A stretch of 49,316 nucleotides of DNA. Source: a virus (taxonomy: Duplodnaviria > Heunggongvirae > Uroviricota > Caudoviricetes). Positions 7,741 to 16,446 of this stretch are shown here, piece after piece. The stretch spans positions 1 through 49,316 of the IMG/VR virus record IMGVR_UViG_3300038968_000013, one strand, 5' to 3'. The notes under the pieces were generated by a model. The model was not told the origin of the DNA and made no database searches. It saw only the letters and a program-made list of their open reading frames with translations. The translations under genes and the position numbers were made by a program. Position 1 is the stretch's first letter; the number at the start of each line of letters is the position of its first letter.

Positions 7741-7770
7741 AGGTTCGGGGTTCGACTCCCCGGCGCTCCA
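7731..7770 (+). pseudogene. 3' half of tRNA-Ala(UGC); 5' half absent
   Basis: TGC-AA-GGTGA-AGGTT-cggggTTCGACTccccg-GCGCTCC-A; no matching D-arm or acceptor 5' strand upstream. Confidence 0.65.
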
Positions 7771-7780
7771 CTGCATAAGT

Positions 7781-7847
7781 CCTAACTGGTGAAAAACTCC
7801 TCCTAGGATGTGGCTTAGGTTCCACAAGTGTGGAGACACCAGTTAGG
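7781..7847 (+). ncRNA. candidate structured RNA (three-way junction, 11-bp closing stem)
   Basis: CCTAACTGGTG/CACCAGTTAGG plus internal cctagg/cttagg and tccac/gtgga hairpins. Confidence 0.45.
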
Positions 7848-7853
7848 CGGCAC

Positions 7854-7925
7854 GGTGACCGTAGCTCAATGGTAGAGCGGTGGATTGTGGCTCCACAGAT
7901 GGCAGTTCAATTCTGCCCGGTCACC
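7854..7925 (+). tRNA. tRNA-His(GUG) with encoded G-1
   Basis: gtgga-ttGTGgc-tccac; G-1:C73. Confidence 0.9.
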
Positions 7926-7934
7926 CTTATTTGA

Positions 7935-8011
7935 GACCATGTGGTGAAATGGGATGGGAACGCACGCGTCTGCAAAACGCGCATGAGGGAGTTCGATCCT
8001 CCCCGTGGTCT
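7935..8011 (+). tRNA. tRNA-Cys(GCA)
   Basis: cgcgt-ctGCAaa-acgcg; U73. Confidence 0.88.
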
Positions 8012-8019
8012 TTCAAACT

Positions 8020-8110
8020 TGAGTCGAAGGCGCCCGGTCCTAGGGAGCGCGCCAGGCGGTGGTTGGCCTTTCTCTACGAAAGAATCTCCAACGTAATTCC
8101 GCCCGACTCA
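8020..8110 (+). ncRNA. candidate structured RNA (three-way junction, 7-bp closing stem)
   Basis: tgagtcg/cgactca, ggcgc/gcgcc, ggcgg/ccgcc, gttgg/ccaac, ctttc/gaaag. Confidence 0.45.
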
Positions 8111-8118
8111 GGACGTGT

Positions 8119-8192
8119 GGGACGGTAGCTCAGCCCGGTAGAGCACTTGCCTGAAGAGCAAGGGGTCGCAGGTTCAACTCCTGCCCGTCCCA
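8119..8192 (+). tRNA. tRNA-Phe(GAA)
   Basis: cttgc-ctGAAga-gcaag. Confidence 0.9.
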
Positions 8193-8293
8193 CTCAGCGT
8201 ACACTTGTTCACTGAAAGTGGCATATTCACTGTAACTGTGAACATACCACATCTTGTGAACATCCCCCGCCGAGGACACAACGGTTTGTGGCC

Positions 8294-8322
8294 TTGCACT
8301 GATGGTTTCCTTATGGTACCCT
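8294..8322 (+). promoter_or_regulatory. sigma70 promoter TTGCAC-17-TACCCT for the replication operon
   Basis: 17-bp spacer; SD AGGAG at 8341 and TTG 8354 follow. Confidence 0.6.
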
Positions 8323-8353
8323 GTCGGATTATTCATTGACAGGAGTTCCCGCC

Positions 8354-9100
8354 TTGGCAAAATCTGAGACTTTCCGCGTAGTTGACGGCGCAGGGTTCAC
8401 CTTCGCCCCCATTCCGACTCGTGCGCTAGAGCTGATCCCCGCGATCGGGCCCTATGCGTTCACGGTCTTTTCCCTGATGGTTTCGTTCACCCGTCCCGGA
8501 AAAGACAATGTGTATCCATCACTTACAACCCTGGTTGACCGTACCGGGTTCTCGAAGAACACCGTCCTGAAGGCGATCGACACGCTTTCGGGACACTGTT
8601 TGATTTCTGTCGATCGCGAGGAGAAGCACAACGTCTACACGTTGCGTCCGACCTCGGAATACCGCGACACGATTCTCTCACCAGATGAACCGATCGCGAC
8701 CCCCGTTGGTTCACCACATGAACCGATGATTGGTTCACGCCGTGAACCTAAAGAAGAAGTATCTTCGAAGAAGAAAACAGATCCTCGCATTCGCGAGTTT
8801 TTCATCAAGTGGGCTTCGACGGGAATCATCGATCCGACGCCGAAGGGACAGATCGCGGGTCGCATCAAGGCGCTACCGCCCGAGATCACGGTTGCGGCGC
8901 TCTGTGGCGCAGTCGATACGTTTATCGCGAAACCGGACCCGTGGGTGAAGGCAACGTTCGGCATCACGTTCCGGGGCTTCATGCAGCAGCTGCCGAAGAT
9001 CATTTCGGCGCACAACGATAAGCTCCGGGCGCATGCTCGGCCGCAGCCGCAGACTCGCGTCATCCTCACGGACGAAGGCCCGAAGAGGGTACCGGTATGA
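8354..9100 (+). CDS. phage replication initiator with N-terminal helix-turn-helix
   Basis: VYPSLTTLVDRTGFSKNTVLKAIDTL HTH; internal iteron-like repeats; upstream of a DnaB helicase. Confidence 0.75.
   Translation: MAKSETFRVVDGAGFTFAPIPTRALELIPAIGPYAFTVFSLMVSFTRPGKDNVYPSLTTLVDRTGFSKNTVLKAIDTLSGHCLISVDREEKHNVYTLRPTSEYRDTILSPDEPIATPVGSPHEPMIGSRREPKEEVSSKKKTDPRIREFFIKWASTGIIDPTPKGQIAGRIKALPPEITVAALCGAVDTFIAKPDPWVKATFGITFRGFMQQLPKIISAHNDKLRAHARPQPQTRVILTDEGPKRVPV
8675..8748 (+). repeat. iteron-like imperfect palindromes GGTTCAC-N4-TGAACC x3 (putative ori)
   Basis: 8708-8724 and 8732-8748 perfect; 8675-8691 degenerate. Confidence 0.6.
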
Positions 9101-9612
9101 ACAAGCGAGAACGCGACGTCATTGTAGAAGCTCTACGGAAGTGGGATGCGGCATCGTGGGATGATCGCCACAGCTGGATTCCCGGAGAGAAGCTTGATGC
9201 GATCCGGATGATCCGGAGCTTGGTAGAAAAATCGGGAGCCCCCAAACTTTCTCCACCTATTGTACGTTCCTTTAGCAACGAGCGTACATCGGGCACAGCA
9301 ATACCAAAGAAGAAGCGGCTTGTATCTCGGAAGAATATCGAGGCGTACAAGCTAGTTCACCCCGTATGCGAAGTCTGCGGGGGTGAGCCGATGGCAGATC
9401 CGCATCACCTCCTCGCCGTCTCACTTGGCGGGCATGATAAGGCCGACAACCTTATCCGGTTGTGCTGGAATCATCATATCGGCCCTGAGGGGTTTCATAC
9501 CCTCGGAATGTGGCGTTGGTTTGAACTCGTAAAGAAGCACGTCGATACAGATGCGCTCGACAAGATCATCTATCGACTGTCGCTCGGAAAGCATGTCAAC
9601 GACCTTGAGTAA
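9097..9612 (+). CDS. HNH endonuclease domain protein
   Basis: CEVCGG...DPHH...GGHDKADNLIRLCWNHH. Confidence 0.8.
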   Translation: MNKRERDVIVEALRKWDAASWDDRHSWIPGEKLDAIRMIRSLVEKSGAPKLSPPIVRSFSNERTSGTAIPKKKRLVSRKNIEAYKLVHPVCEVCGGEPMADPHHLLAVSLGGHDKADNLIRLCWNHHIGPEGFHTLGMWRWFELVKKHVDTDALDKIIYRLSLGKHVNDLE

Positions 9613-10960
9613 GATGCCTTTTGATATGGAGATGGAACAACATGCACTTGGAGTTATACTACACGGAGGAGCAAACGGGGCAAGCTACTATCAACATCAT
9701 TCGCCCGACCTCTTCTTCGAGAAGCGTCATAAGGTTATTGCCGGGGCAATCCAGCGTTGTCTGGATCGAGGACAAGTACCCGAGTACATGCCAGTCCTCA
9801 ACGAGCTGGAGTCCAGTGGTGATCGTGAATCCGCTGGCGGTACAACCTACCTTAGCGGTCTCCGATCAAAGATTCTGGCTGGCGCCGAGAATGCGCTGGA
9901 CGTCGTTCTACATCTGGACGACTATCGCCTCCGTCGCTTCGCACTCGAAGTCCGCAGTCGCCCGCCTCTTGCAACTGGTCGAGACGAGTATGCCAAGCTG
10001 CTCGCGGAAATTCAGGGAGCACAACGCTTCATTACGCCGCCAGCTGTCACTGCAGAGGAAGCGGTGGCAAAGGCGCTACGCGAGATTGATGCGGGCGATG
10101 CGGGAGAAGTAAAGATCGGCATCGACGCATTCGATCGTCTGGTTGGCGCACGGCGCGGCGACCAGATGATTATCGGTGCGAAGACGTCCGTTGGTAAGAC
10201 GAACGTCGGACTCAACTTCGCGCGTGGGGTGATCGAGCGTGGAGGTTCCGCCATCATCCATTCGTTCGAAATGGCGGCGCCGATTCTGATCAAGCGTATC
10301 TTCGCGCATTACACCGGGATCGAGAACTTCAAGATCCAACGCGGCAAGCTTAGTATCTCCGAGAAGGATCGTGTCGTCGATGCGGCGCGCGACCTCAGCC
10401 TCCGCAATCTGTGGATTCGTGATGCGGAAGGAACCTGGCCACAGCACCTCGCCGCGTACGAGTCGATCATTCGCTCGGACCCGAAGGTCGAGATCCTAGT
10501 CATCGACTACATCGGCCTGGTGCGTGGCATCCCCGGAGAGAAAGAGCGGTACATGCAGCTCGGTACCGTGTCGCGGGATCTAAAGAACCTTGCCAAGCGA
10601 CTCAACGTCCTCGTGGTTGCGCTGTCGCAGTTCAACCGCAAGGTGTCGCATGACGAAAAGCCGTCGCTCGAAAACCTCCGCGAGAGTGGCGACCTAGAAC
10701 AGAACGCCGATATCTGTGTGCTGGTATCGGCCCCGGAAGCACAAGAGAACAAAACTGCGGGCATCGCGAAGCCTGAGAAGCTGATCTTTGACATTGCGAA
10801 GCACCGCAATGGCAATACAGGAGAAATCGATGTCATGTACGACCGACGATTCTGCCGAATCGCCGACTGGCCCACCGAAGACCTCGGAGCCCCAGACCCC
10901 AACTTCGAGGAGAGTCCGTTCGTGGAATACTCCGAAGAAGTACAGACCGGACTACTCTAA
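9593..10960 (+). CDS. dnaB: replicative DNA helicase, DnaB family
   Basis: GAKTSVGKT, VIDYIGL, LSQFNR, LRESGDLEQNAD, IAKHRNG. Confidence 0.95.
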   Translation: MSTTLSKMPFDMEMEQHALGVILHGGANGASYYQHHSPDLFFEKRHKVIAGAIQRCLDRGQVPEYMPVLNELESSGDRESAGGTTYLSGLRSKILAGAENALDVVLHLDDYRLRRFALEVRSRPPLATGRDEYAKLLAEIQGAQRFITPPAVTAEEAVAKALREIDAGDAGEVKIGIDAFDRLVGARRGDQMIIGAKTSVGKTNVGLNFARGVIERGGSAIIHSFEMAAPILIKRIFAHYTGIENFKIQRGKLSISEKDRVVDAARDLSLRNLWIRDAEGTWPQHLAAYESIIRSDPKVEILVIDYIGLVRGIPGEKERYMQLGTVSRDLKNLAKRLNVLVVALSQFNRKVSHDEKPSLENLRESGDLEQNADICVLVSAPEAQENKTAGIAKPEKLIFDIAKHRNGNTGEIDVMYDRRFCRIADWPTEDLGAPDPNFEESPFVEYSEEVQTGLL

Positions 10961-11046
10961 CGTAACAATACGCTTGGACCCCCCGCATTCAGCTTGGCCG
11001 GTTCGCCAAGGTCGGCGGGTTCGTTTCGATGAGGTAATGACAGGAT

Positions 11047-11829
11047 ATGGAGACATTTGGTGCGACAACTGTGGTATCCCAACCACGATCTATGCCCAGC
11101 AGCAAACAGCCAGACAACAGCTCTACTGCTCCCCGCGATGCAAACGACGAGCTGAAATTCGACGGAAAAAAGCTCGCGAAGGCTATTTTGGAACAAGCCC
11201 TAGAGGACGTAAAGATCAACCCGTACGGTAAGGGTGAGAATGAGCGATTTGGGCAGGACAAAGAACGCCTGCTCGAAGTCATCGGGGAAGCGCAGTGGTT
11301 CCTGCTCGATGACGACGATCACGATGTAGCGCACGGATTTATCTGGTGCTGTACTCTCTGGCGCCTTGATCCATCAGCGGTACGCCGCAAGGTACATAAG
11401 GAGCTTGAAGAAGCGGGTTCGCTTCTTCCGAAGGTGGAACGACATCGCCTCGCGGCCCTTGCCGGAAGCCGCCGCCTCCGGAAGCATTTCGCACGCAGTA
11501 ATGACGTCCGAAAGAAGTGCGCAACGGACGCCTGCACGAACCTCACGAAGCGTGACCACTGCTCTACCTGCTCGCAAAGCAGTAAGGGCCCGGTGAACGA
11601 GACGTGCGTGAAGTGTCGTCGCAAGTTCGAAGCACCGCGCGCGATGCGTCGGGCGTACTGTCCTCGCTGCTCGACGATCTGCGTACGGCCAAAGTGCCGC
11701 CGCCCGCGACGTCCCGGCTGGCGCACCACGACGTGCCGTGAACATCACCGTGAAGAGCGGAAGTCGAAGAACAGCGACAAGGGGAGGGTTTACACCGGCC
11801 CACCGCCCGCGCCGTCTCTCTCCTACTGA
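11047..11829 (+). CDS. hypothetical protein: domain shared with 5651..6022 fused to multiple Cys/His Zn fingers
   Basis: KLAKAILEQALED...AQWFL...FIWCCTLWRLDPSAVR, then several CxxC pairs. Confidence 0.7.
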   Translation: METFGATTVVSQPRSMPSSKQPDNSSTAPRDANDELKFDGKKLAKAILEQALEDVKINPYGKGENERFGQDKERLLEVIGEAQWFLLDDDDHDVAHGFIWCCTLWRLDPSAVRRKVHKELEEAGSLLPKVERHRLAALAGSRRLRKHFARSNDVRKKCATDACTNLTKRDHCSTCSQSSKGPVNETCVKCRRKFEAPRAMRRAYCPRCSTICVRPKCRRPRRPGWRTTTCREHHREERKSKNSDKGRVYTGPPPAPSLSY

Positions 11830-11840
11830 CAGCGGTTGTC

Positions 11841-12053
11841 ATGAAAACACCTCAGGAAATCGGCAGTGATGTGGTAGTCTCTAAGAAACGGTTGGCGGCT
11901 CGGCTTCGCCAGAAGCGGTACGAAGAACGCCACCCTGATCGAATCAAAGAGAAAAACCGCAAACGTCGAGCACGCTACCATATGAATAAGTCGTCAGCGG
12001 CAACCCCGAATGATGACTTGCGGGTTTTGCTCGGCCAAAAACTGAAGGAGTAG
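11841..12053 (+). CDS. small basic hypothetical protein
   Basis: Coupled ORF; Arg/Lys-rich helix. Confidence 0.6.
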   Translation: MKTPQEIGSDVVVSKKRLAARLRQKRYEERHPDRIKEKNRKRRARYHMNKSSAATPNDDLRVLLGQKLKE

Positions 12054-12055
12054 GA

Positions 12056-12709
12056 ATGGAAACATCGGCACAGATCAACGAAATCGCAACGGCACTATCA
12101 AAGGCACAGTCGGAGATTGAAGGTGCGGTAAAGGACGTACGCAACGATTTCTTCAAGTCGAAGTACGCGGACCTTCACGGTGTGTGGGACGCCTGCCGTG
12201 ACGCGCTTGTAAAGAACGGTCTTTCGGTTGTGCAGACGACTGAGAGTGGGTTCCGCGAGTTCGTTAGCGAGAAGCACGACGACGGTTACATCACCGTTGT
12301 AACTCGCCTGATGCATTCGAGTGGCCAGTGGATTCAGGGTCGTCTCCGCATGAAGCCCGTCAAGCCTGATCCTCAGTCGGTCGGATCGTGCATCACCTAC
12401 GCCCGTCGTTATGCACTCGCGGCGATTGTTGGTGTGGCGCAGATGGACGATGACGGTAATGCCGCATCGGGATCGACGCAGGAAGAGAAGAAGTCCTACA
12501 TCAAGCCTGCCACCGCTGCGAAGACGAACTATGCGCAGAAGGATGGCTGCATCAGTGAAGGACAAGCAAAGCTGATCTGGGCTCGTCGCAAGAAGGCCAA
12601 CAAGGTTAGCGACGCGGACTATGTGAAGCTGCTGGAAGAAAAGGGTTACAAGGATTCGAGCTTCATTCCAGTTGGGAAGCTGGACGAGATCCTGGCCCTC
12701 GTTGAGTAG
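12056..12709 (+). CDS. erf: ERF-family single-strand annealing protein
   Basis: FFKSKYADL, TRLMHSSGQW, GSCITYARRYAL, DDDGN. Confidence 0.92.
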   Translation: METSAQINEIATALSKAQSEIEGAVKDVRNDFFKSKYADLHGVWDACRDALVKNGLSVVQTTESGFREFVSEKHDDGYITVVTRLMHSSGQWIQGRLRMKPVKPDPQSVGSCITYARRYALAAIVGVAQMDDDGNAASGSTQEEKKSYIKPATAAKTNYAQKDGCISEGQAKLIWARRKKANKVSDADYVKLLEEKGYKDSSFIPVGKLDEILALVE

Positions 12710-13359
12710 TGCCGCATCTGTACTGTCAGTGTCCAGCTGCGTGGCATGAGTGTGGTGTGGAGGAAATGTTGGAAGAGCTATATCCGTTTGAATCCTTCTC
12801 GAAGATGGCGCGTTACAACCGTGAGGTTGTAGTCACCGAGAAGATCGATGGCACGAACGCCCAGATTCTTATCCCCGATATCGAGGGTGAGCTGGGCGAC
12901 GGCGTGCCCTTTCTAGTTGGGTCGCGTACCCGTTGGATTACGCCAGGCAACGACAACTTCGGGTTTGCGGCTTGGTGTTACGAGAACAAGGACGAGCTGC
13001 TGAAGCTTGGCCCTGGTCGTCACTTCGGTGAGTGGTGGGGATCAGGAATTCAGCGTGGCTATGGGCTGAAGGAGAAGCGTTTCAGTCTCTTCAACGTGCA
13101 TCGTTGGGGCGAAGATCGCGACCTCAAGAAGTATCCCCTTCCGCCGCCCGCTTGTTGTTCGGTTGTTCCGATCATCTATCGCGGGACGATGGAAGACCTC
13201 AATGTTCCGTTCCTGATTGAGACGCTAGCGAAGCACGGTTCATATGCGTCCGAAGGATTCATGGACCCTGAGGGAATCGTGATCTTTCACGTTGCTGGTG
13301 GTGTGGGTTTCAAAAAGACCATCAAGAACGATGATACCCCGAAGAGTCTTGTCAAGTAA
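12709..13359 (+). CDS. ATP-dependent RNA ligase, adenylation domain only (Rnl2-like)
   Basis: TEKIDGTN, FGEWWGSGIQ, FSLFN, PEGIV; true start may be ATG 12766. Confidence 0.8.
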   Translation: MPHLYCQCPAAWHECGVEEMLEELYPFESFSKMARYNREVVVTEKIDGTNAQILIPDIEGELGDGVPFLVGSRTRWITPGNDNFGFAAWCYENKDELLKLGPGRHFGEWWGSGIQRGYGLKEKRFSLFNVHRWGEDRDLKKYPLPPPACCSVVPIIYRGTMEDLNVPFLIETLAKHGSYASEGFMDPEGIVIFHVAGGVGFKKTIKNDDTPKSLVK

Positions 13360-13751
13360 TGCAAGAGTGTAGCAACTGCCGGAAGAAAAAAGACCCGACG
13401 AAGTTCAGGAAACACAGGAGAGCATGCAGGGCCTGTGAGGCTGAGTATAATAAGCGGTGGAGAGAGTCGGACCCTGATTCGGCCTTAAGAAACAAGAGAT
13501 CGAGCCTACGAAGGTACGGTATAACTCTCGAAGATTACCAGGCGCTGCTCGCAAAGCAAGAGGGTAAGTGCGCTATCTGCGGAAACGGTCAGTCAAGTAA
13601 ATTTGTTTCGCTTGACGTAGATCATTGTCACCGCACCGGTAAGGTCAGGGGTCTACTCTGCTCTAATTGTAACAGTGGGCTAGGTAGGTTCTCGGATAAG
13701 GTTACCCTCCTTAAGTCCGCTATTAAATACATCAGAAAGCATCGGTCGTGA
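13359..13751 (+). CDS. endonuclease VII-family (homing-type) nuclease
   Basis: YGITLEDY...CAIC...VDHCH..GKVRGLLCSNCN. Confidence 0.9.
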   Translation: MQECSNCRKKKDPTKFRKHRRACRACEAEYNKRWRESDPDSALRNKRSSLRRYGITLEDYQALLAKQEGKCAICGNGQSSKFVSLDVDHCHRTGKVRGLLCSNCNSGLGRFSDKVTLLKSAIKYIRKHRS

Positions 13752-14398
13752 ATATTGTTCCATACGTAGATCCTGACCTCGTCTTTGACGAGGCGAGACA
13801 TATTTACCTCTATAAGGGAAAGCGTGCGAGTTCTGTCACTCAAGTTATCAAGGCAGGAGGTCTCTCGAAAGACTATGGAGACGTTGATCCAAAGGTTCTG
13901 GCTAATGCTGCTGCTCGTGGCACTGCTGTTCACACTGCTATCGAGCGGTACCATGATGGCACCCTAAACTGGGACGACCTACATGAAGAGATTGTTCCGC
14001 GCGTGGTGGCCTACGACAAGTTCGTTTCGGATCATAGCTACACGCATATCTGCTCTGAGCAAAAGTATTTCTCACCGACTTGGGGCTATGCGGGTGGTAT
14101 GGATGCGGTGGGCCTTCTCCCGCGCTGGAACGGAGTCACGGGGCCCCACCTAGTTCTCCTCGACTATAAGACGTCGTACGAGAAAGACCCAGCGTCATGG
14201 CGTATCCAGGTTCAGGCATACAAGAACCTTTGGAACGAGAATAACCCGAACCATCCTATCGATCACTGTATCATTCTCTGGCTCAACCGTTTTGGTGAGT
14301 ACGAGCTAATCGATGCAGACGATAAGGAGTCATGGGCGCTGTTCGTATACGCTGTGCGCATCCTCAATTGGAAGCGCCGCAATGGACGACTCAAGTAA
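13748..14398 (+). CDS. PD-(D/E)xK exonuclease (Cas4/RecB-like phage recombination nuclease)
   Basis: SVTQVI, RGTAVH, E, GGMD, DYKT, QVQAY. Confidence 0.85.
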   Translation: MNIVPYVDPDLVFDEARHIYLYKGKRASSVTQVIKAGGLSKDYGDVDPKVLANAAARGTAVHTAIERYHDGTLNWDDLHEEIVPRVVAYDKFVSDHSYTHICSEQKYFSPTWGYAGGMDAVGLLPRWNGVTGPHLVLLDYKTSYEKDPASWRIQVQAYKNLWNENNPNHPIDHCIILWLNRFGEYELIDADDKESWALFVYAVRILNWKRRNGRLK

Positions 14399-14960
14399 GG
14401 AACTCGCGACCCGTCAAGCACTCGATGGTGTCGACGCACTCACGCAACAGCTAGCTTACGGAGATCTTGATGACGGAAGCATTGTCGACGCAGCGCGCTC
14501 TTACATACGCGAAGTGCTGCACCCCTTGGTTGAGCAAGTACATGCCTCTCAAGATCCCGTTGTGGACGCGGCATTTCGTGCTCACCGTACAGCGGTGGCA
14601 GCTCGATCAGCTCTGTTGGCGCCCTTCCTCGAAGCTGAGGCGCGGATCAAGAAAGCCTTAGGAATCCGTGAAAAAGCCTTGCGCGAGCGTGAGGAATCTG
14701 CTAGAAATGCGATCGAAATCGACGATCTGAGCCCAACGCTTCCCGTGACGGTCACCACCATCAAGGGAGCGGGAATCTCAGCGCGGCGCAAGTGGACTTG
14801 GAAGGTAACGGATCTGTCTCAAATGAAGCGTGAGTTCCTAATTGCGAACCCTGTTGAAATCAACAAGGCGGTTCGAAAGCACGGGAAGAACGCAGAGGCG
14901 GTTGTGGGTGGCATCCTCGTGGAAGAGGATACGCCAAACGTAACTGTGCGGAGGAAGTAG
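14382..14960 (+). CDS. coiled-coil protein of the recombination module (Gam/Gp157-like architecture)
   Basis: Long helix, then WTWKVTDLSQMKREFL...INKAVR...GG.LVEE. Confidence 0.6.
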   Translation: MDDSSKELATRQALDGVDALTQQLAYGDLDDGSIVDAARSYIREVLHPLVEQVHASQDPVVDAAFRAHRTAVAARSALLAPFLEAEARIKKALGIREKALREREESARNAIEIDDLSPTLPVTVTTIKGAGISARRKWTWKVTDLSQMKREFLIANPVEINKAVRKHGKNAEAVVGGILVEEDTPNVTVRRK

Positions 14961-15438
14961 TGGGACAGCAGAAGATCATCATCTGCCAGGGACTTCCGGC
15001 CAGCGGTAAGTCGTCTTACGCACGTCAGATCGTGATGATGACGACCTATTGGGTGCGCATCAACAAGGATGACCTTCGGGCGATGCTACACGCGAATCGC
15101 TTCTCGAAGGACAACGAGCGCCTGACGGTTGCAGCCCAGAACTTCCTGATCAAGGATGCGCTGTCTCGTGGTACCACGTCATCGTGGACGATACTAACTT
15201 TGCGGGCAACGTGGAACGCATCAAGGGTGTCGTCAACGAGTGGTGGAACGAGCATCCGCACGATGACCTACTCGGCAAGGAATATCCGGAGATCGAGATC
15301 AAGAAGTTTCCGGAGAAGCCTTCCGTGTGCCTTGGTCGAAATGCCTTGCGCCAGGGCTATGCGAAGGTGCCTGAGGAAGTCATCTTCCGCATGTTCAACA
15401 ACTACGTGAAGGGAACGGACCTAGAGGTACCAGAGTAA
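14960..15438 (+). pseudogene. polynucleotide kinase (Pnk 5'-kinase/AAA_33 domain), split by a -1 frameshift near 15172
   Basis: GLPASGKS, RINKDDLR; VIVDDTNF continues in another frame; GGT TAC appears as GGTAC. Confidence 0.8.
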
Positions 15439-15605
15439 TGTCCTGCTTCTTGGCGCGGCTGTGTGCCTTAGTCGGCATCGGGTTTGCGGTTAAGACGGCA
15501 ACGCAAGGTGATCCGCTCAGCATCGGGGTCATCATCGTAGCATGCTTGGTGTATATTCATGCTGCGGTTTACGAAGTGGTAGATCAGGTAGTCAACGGCG
15601 AATGA
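15438..15605 (+). CDS. 55-aa two-TM membrane protein
   Basis: Manual translation; TAATG and ATGA coupling. Confidence 0.6.
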   Translation: MSCFLARLCALVGIGFAVKTATQGDPLSIGVIIVACLVYIHAAVYEVVDQVVNGE

Positions 15606-15964
15606 AGTATCCGTACCCACCAAAAGCCACGCAGAAAGAGATTGTATCCCGCCTTCAGAAGTTCTTCAAAACCGAAGAGGTTGAGTTCTTCAATGCAGCG
15701 ATGAACCTCTTCTTCTCGTACTACGAAGAGCCGATTCCAAAAGTAACATGGTACCTCCGCATGGACGATTCGGCAGTCGCCGGGTTGACCTACGATAACG
15801 GGCGCATCGATCTGATTGCCCCGGAGTCGTGGAAGAAGCGGAAGAAGTACAAGTCGCAACGTCGGTGGATCGAGGTGTGTTTCCACGAGCTGTACCACTA
15901 TCTGTTCTGGGTGGACGACGAGCGTAAGGCAGAAGAATTCGCAGAGGGGTTCGTTAAGATTTGA
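15602..15964 (+). CDS. minimal HExxH zincin-like metalloprotease domain
   Basis: FHELYHY...ERKAEEFA. Confidence 0.65.
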   Translation: MKYPYPPKATQKEIVSRLQKFFKTEEVEFFNAAMNLFFSYYEEPIPKVTWYLRMDDSAVAGLTYDNGRIDLIAPESWKKRKKYKSQRRWIEVCFHELYHYLFWVDDERKAEEFAEGFVKI

Positions 15965-16446
15965 TCTACACCGGAATTGATCCGGGGTTTACAGGAGCAG
16001 TTGGTTTTCTTCGTGATGACGGGTGGCCGATTGGGGTTGTAGATGCCCCGGTGTTTGAGAAGAATGGAAAGCGGTATCTTAGTTACTCGAAGATGCTGCA
16101 GATACTAGAGGTAGTCCTTGAGGGTGAAGAAGGGGTCATCTGCATTGAGAAAGTTGGACCTCGCCCCAAGCAAGGTATCTCGTCTGCGTTCCGTTTTGGT
16201 TACGGAGCAGGACTGTGGCACGGGGTGGCTGCGCACTTCTACCCGAAGTTTCGAGTTGAGTTTGTGCCACCAGCTACATGGAAGAAAGCATTAGGCGTAA
16301 CAGCAGATAAGGACACCTCGCTAACTCTCGCACGTAACCTTTTTCCAGATATGGCGCCGAACTTGAAGCGCAAGATGGATGACGGAAGAACAGAGGCACT
16401 GCTGATCGCCTATTACCAACTGAAGTTTGGAGTGAACCACCAATAA
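15961..16446 (+). CDS. phage RuvC-like Holliday junction resolvase
   Basis: GIDPG, IEKV, SAFRFG, WKK, DGRTEALLIA. Confidence 0.88.
   Translation: MIYTGIDPGFTGAVGFLRDDGWPIGVVDAPVFEKNGKRYLSYSKMLQILEVVLEGEEGVICIEKVGPRPKQGISSAFRFGYGAGLWHGVAAHFYPKFRVEFVPPATWKKALGVTADKDTSLTLARNLFPDMAPNLKRKMDDGRTEALLIAYYQLKFGVNHQ

Noticed and set aside
7741-7772. tmRNA 3' end
   Set aside because: The T-arm and acceptor are preceded by a UGC anticodon, stem strand and variable loop of tRNA-Ala; no tmRNA 5' end, tag ORF or pseudoknots
8044-8066. GGAGCGC as the 5' half of a circularly permuted tRNA-Ala
   Set aside because: It could pair with GCGCTCC, but positions 8-9 and the TCACC anticodon strand are missing, and the sequence is already paired in a local hairpin
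10975-11022. Intergenic hairpin after dnaB (cttggc/gccaag)
   Set aside because: Short, no U-tract and no recognisable riboswitch core
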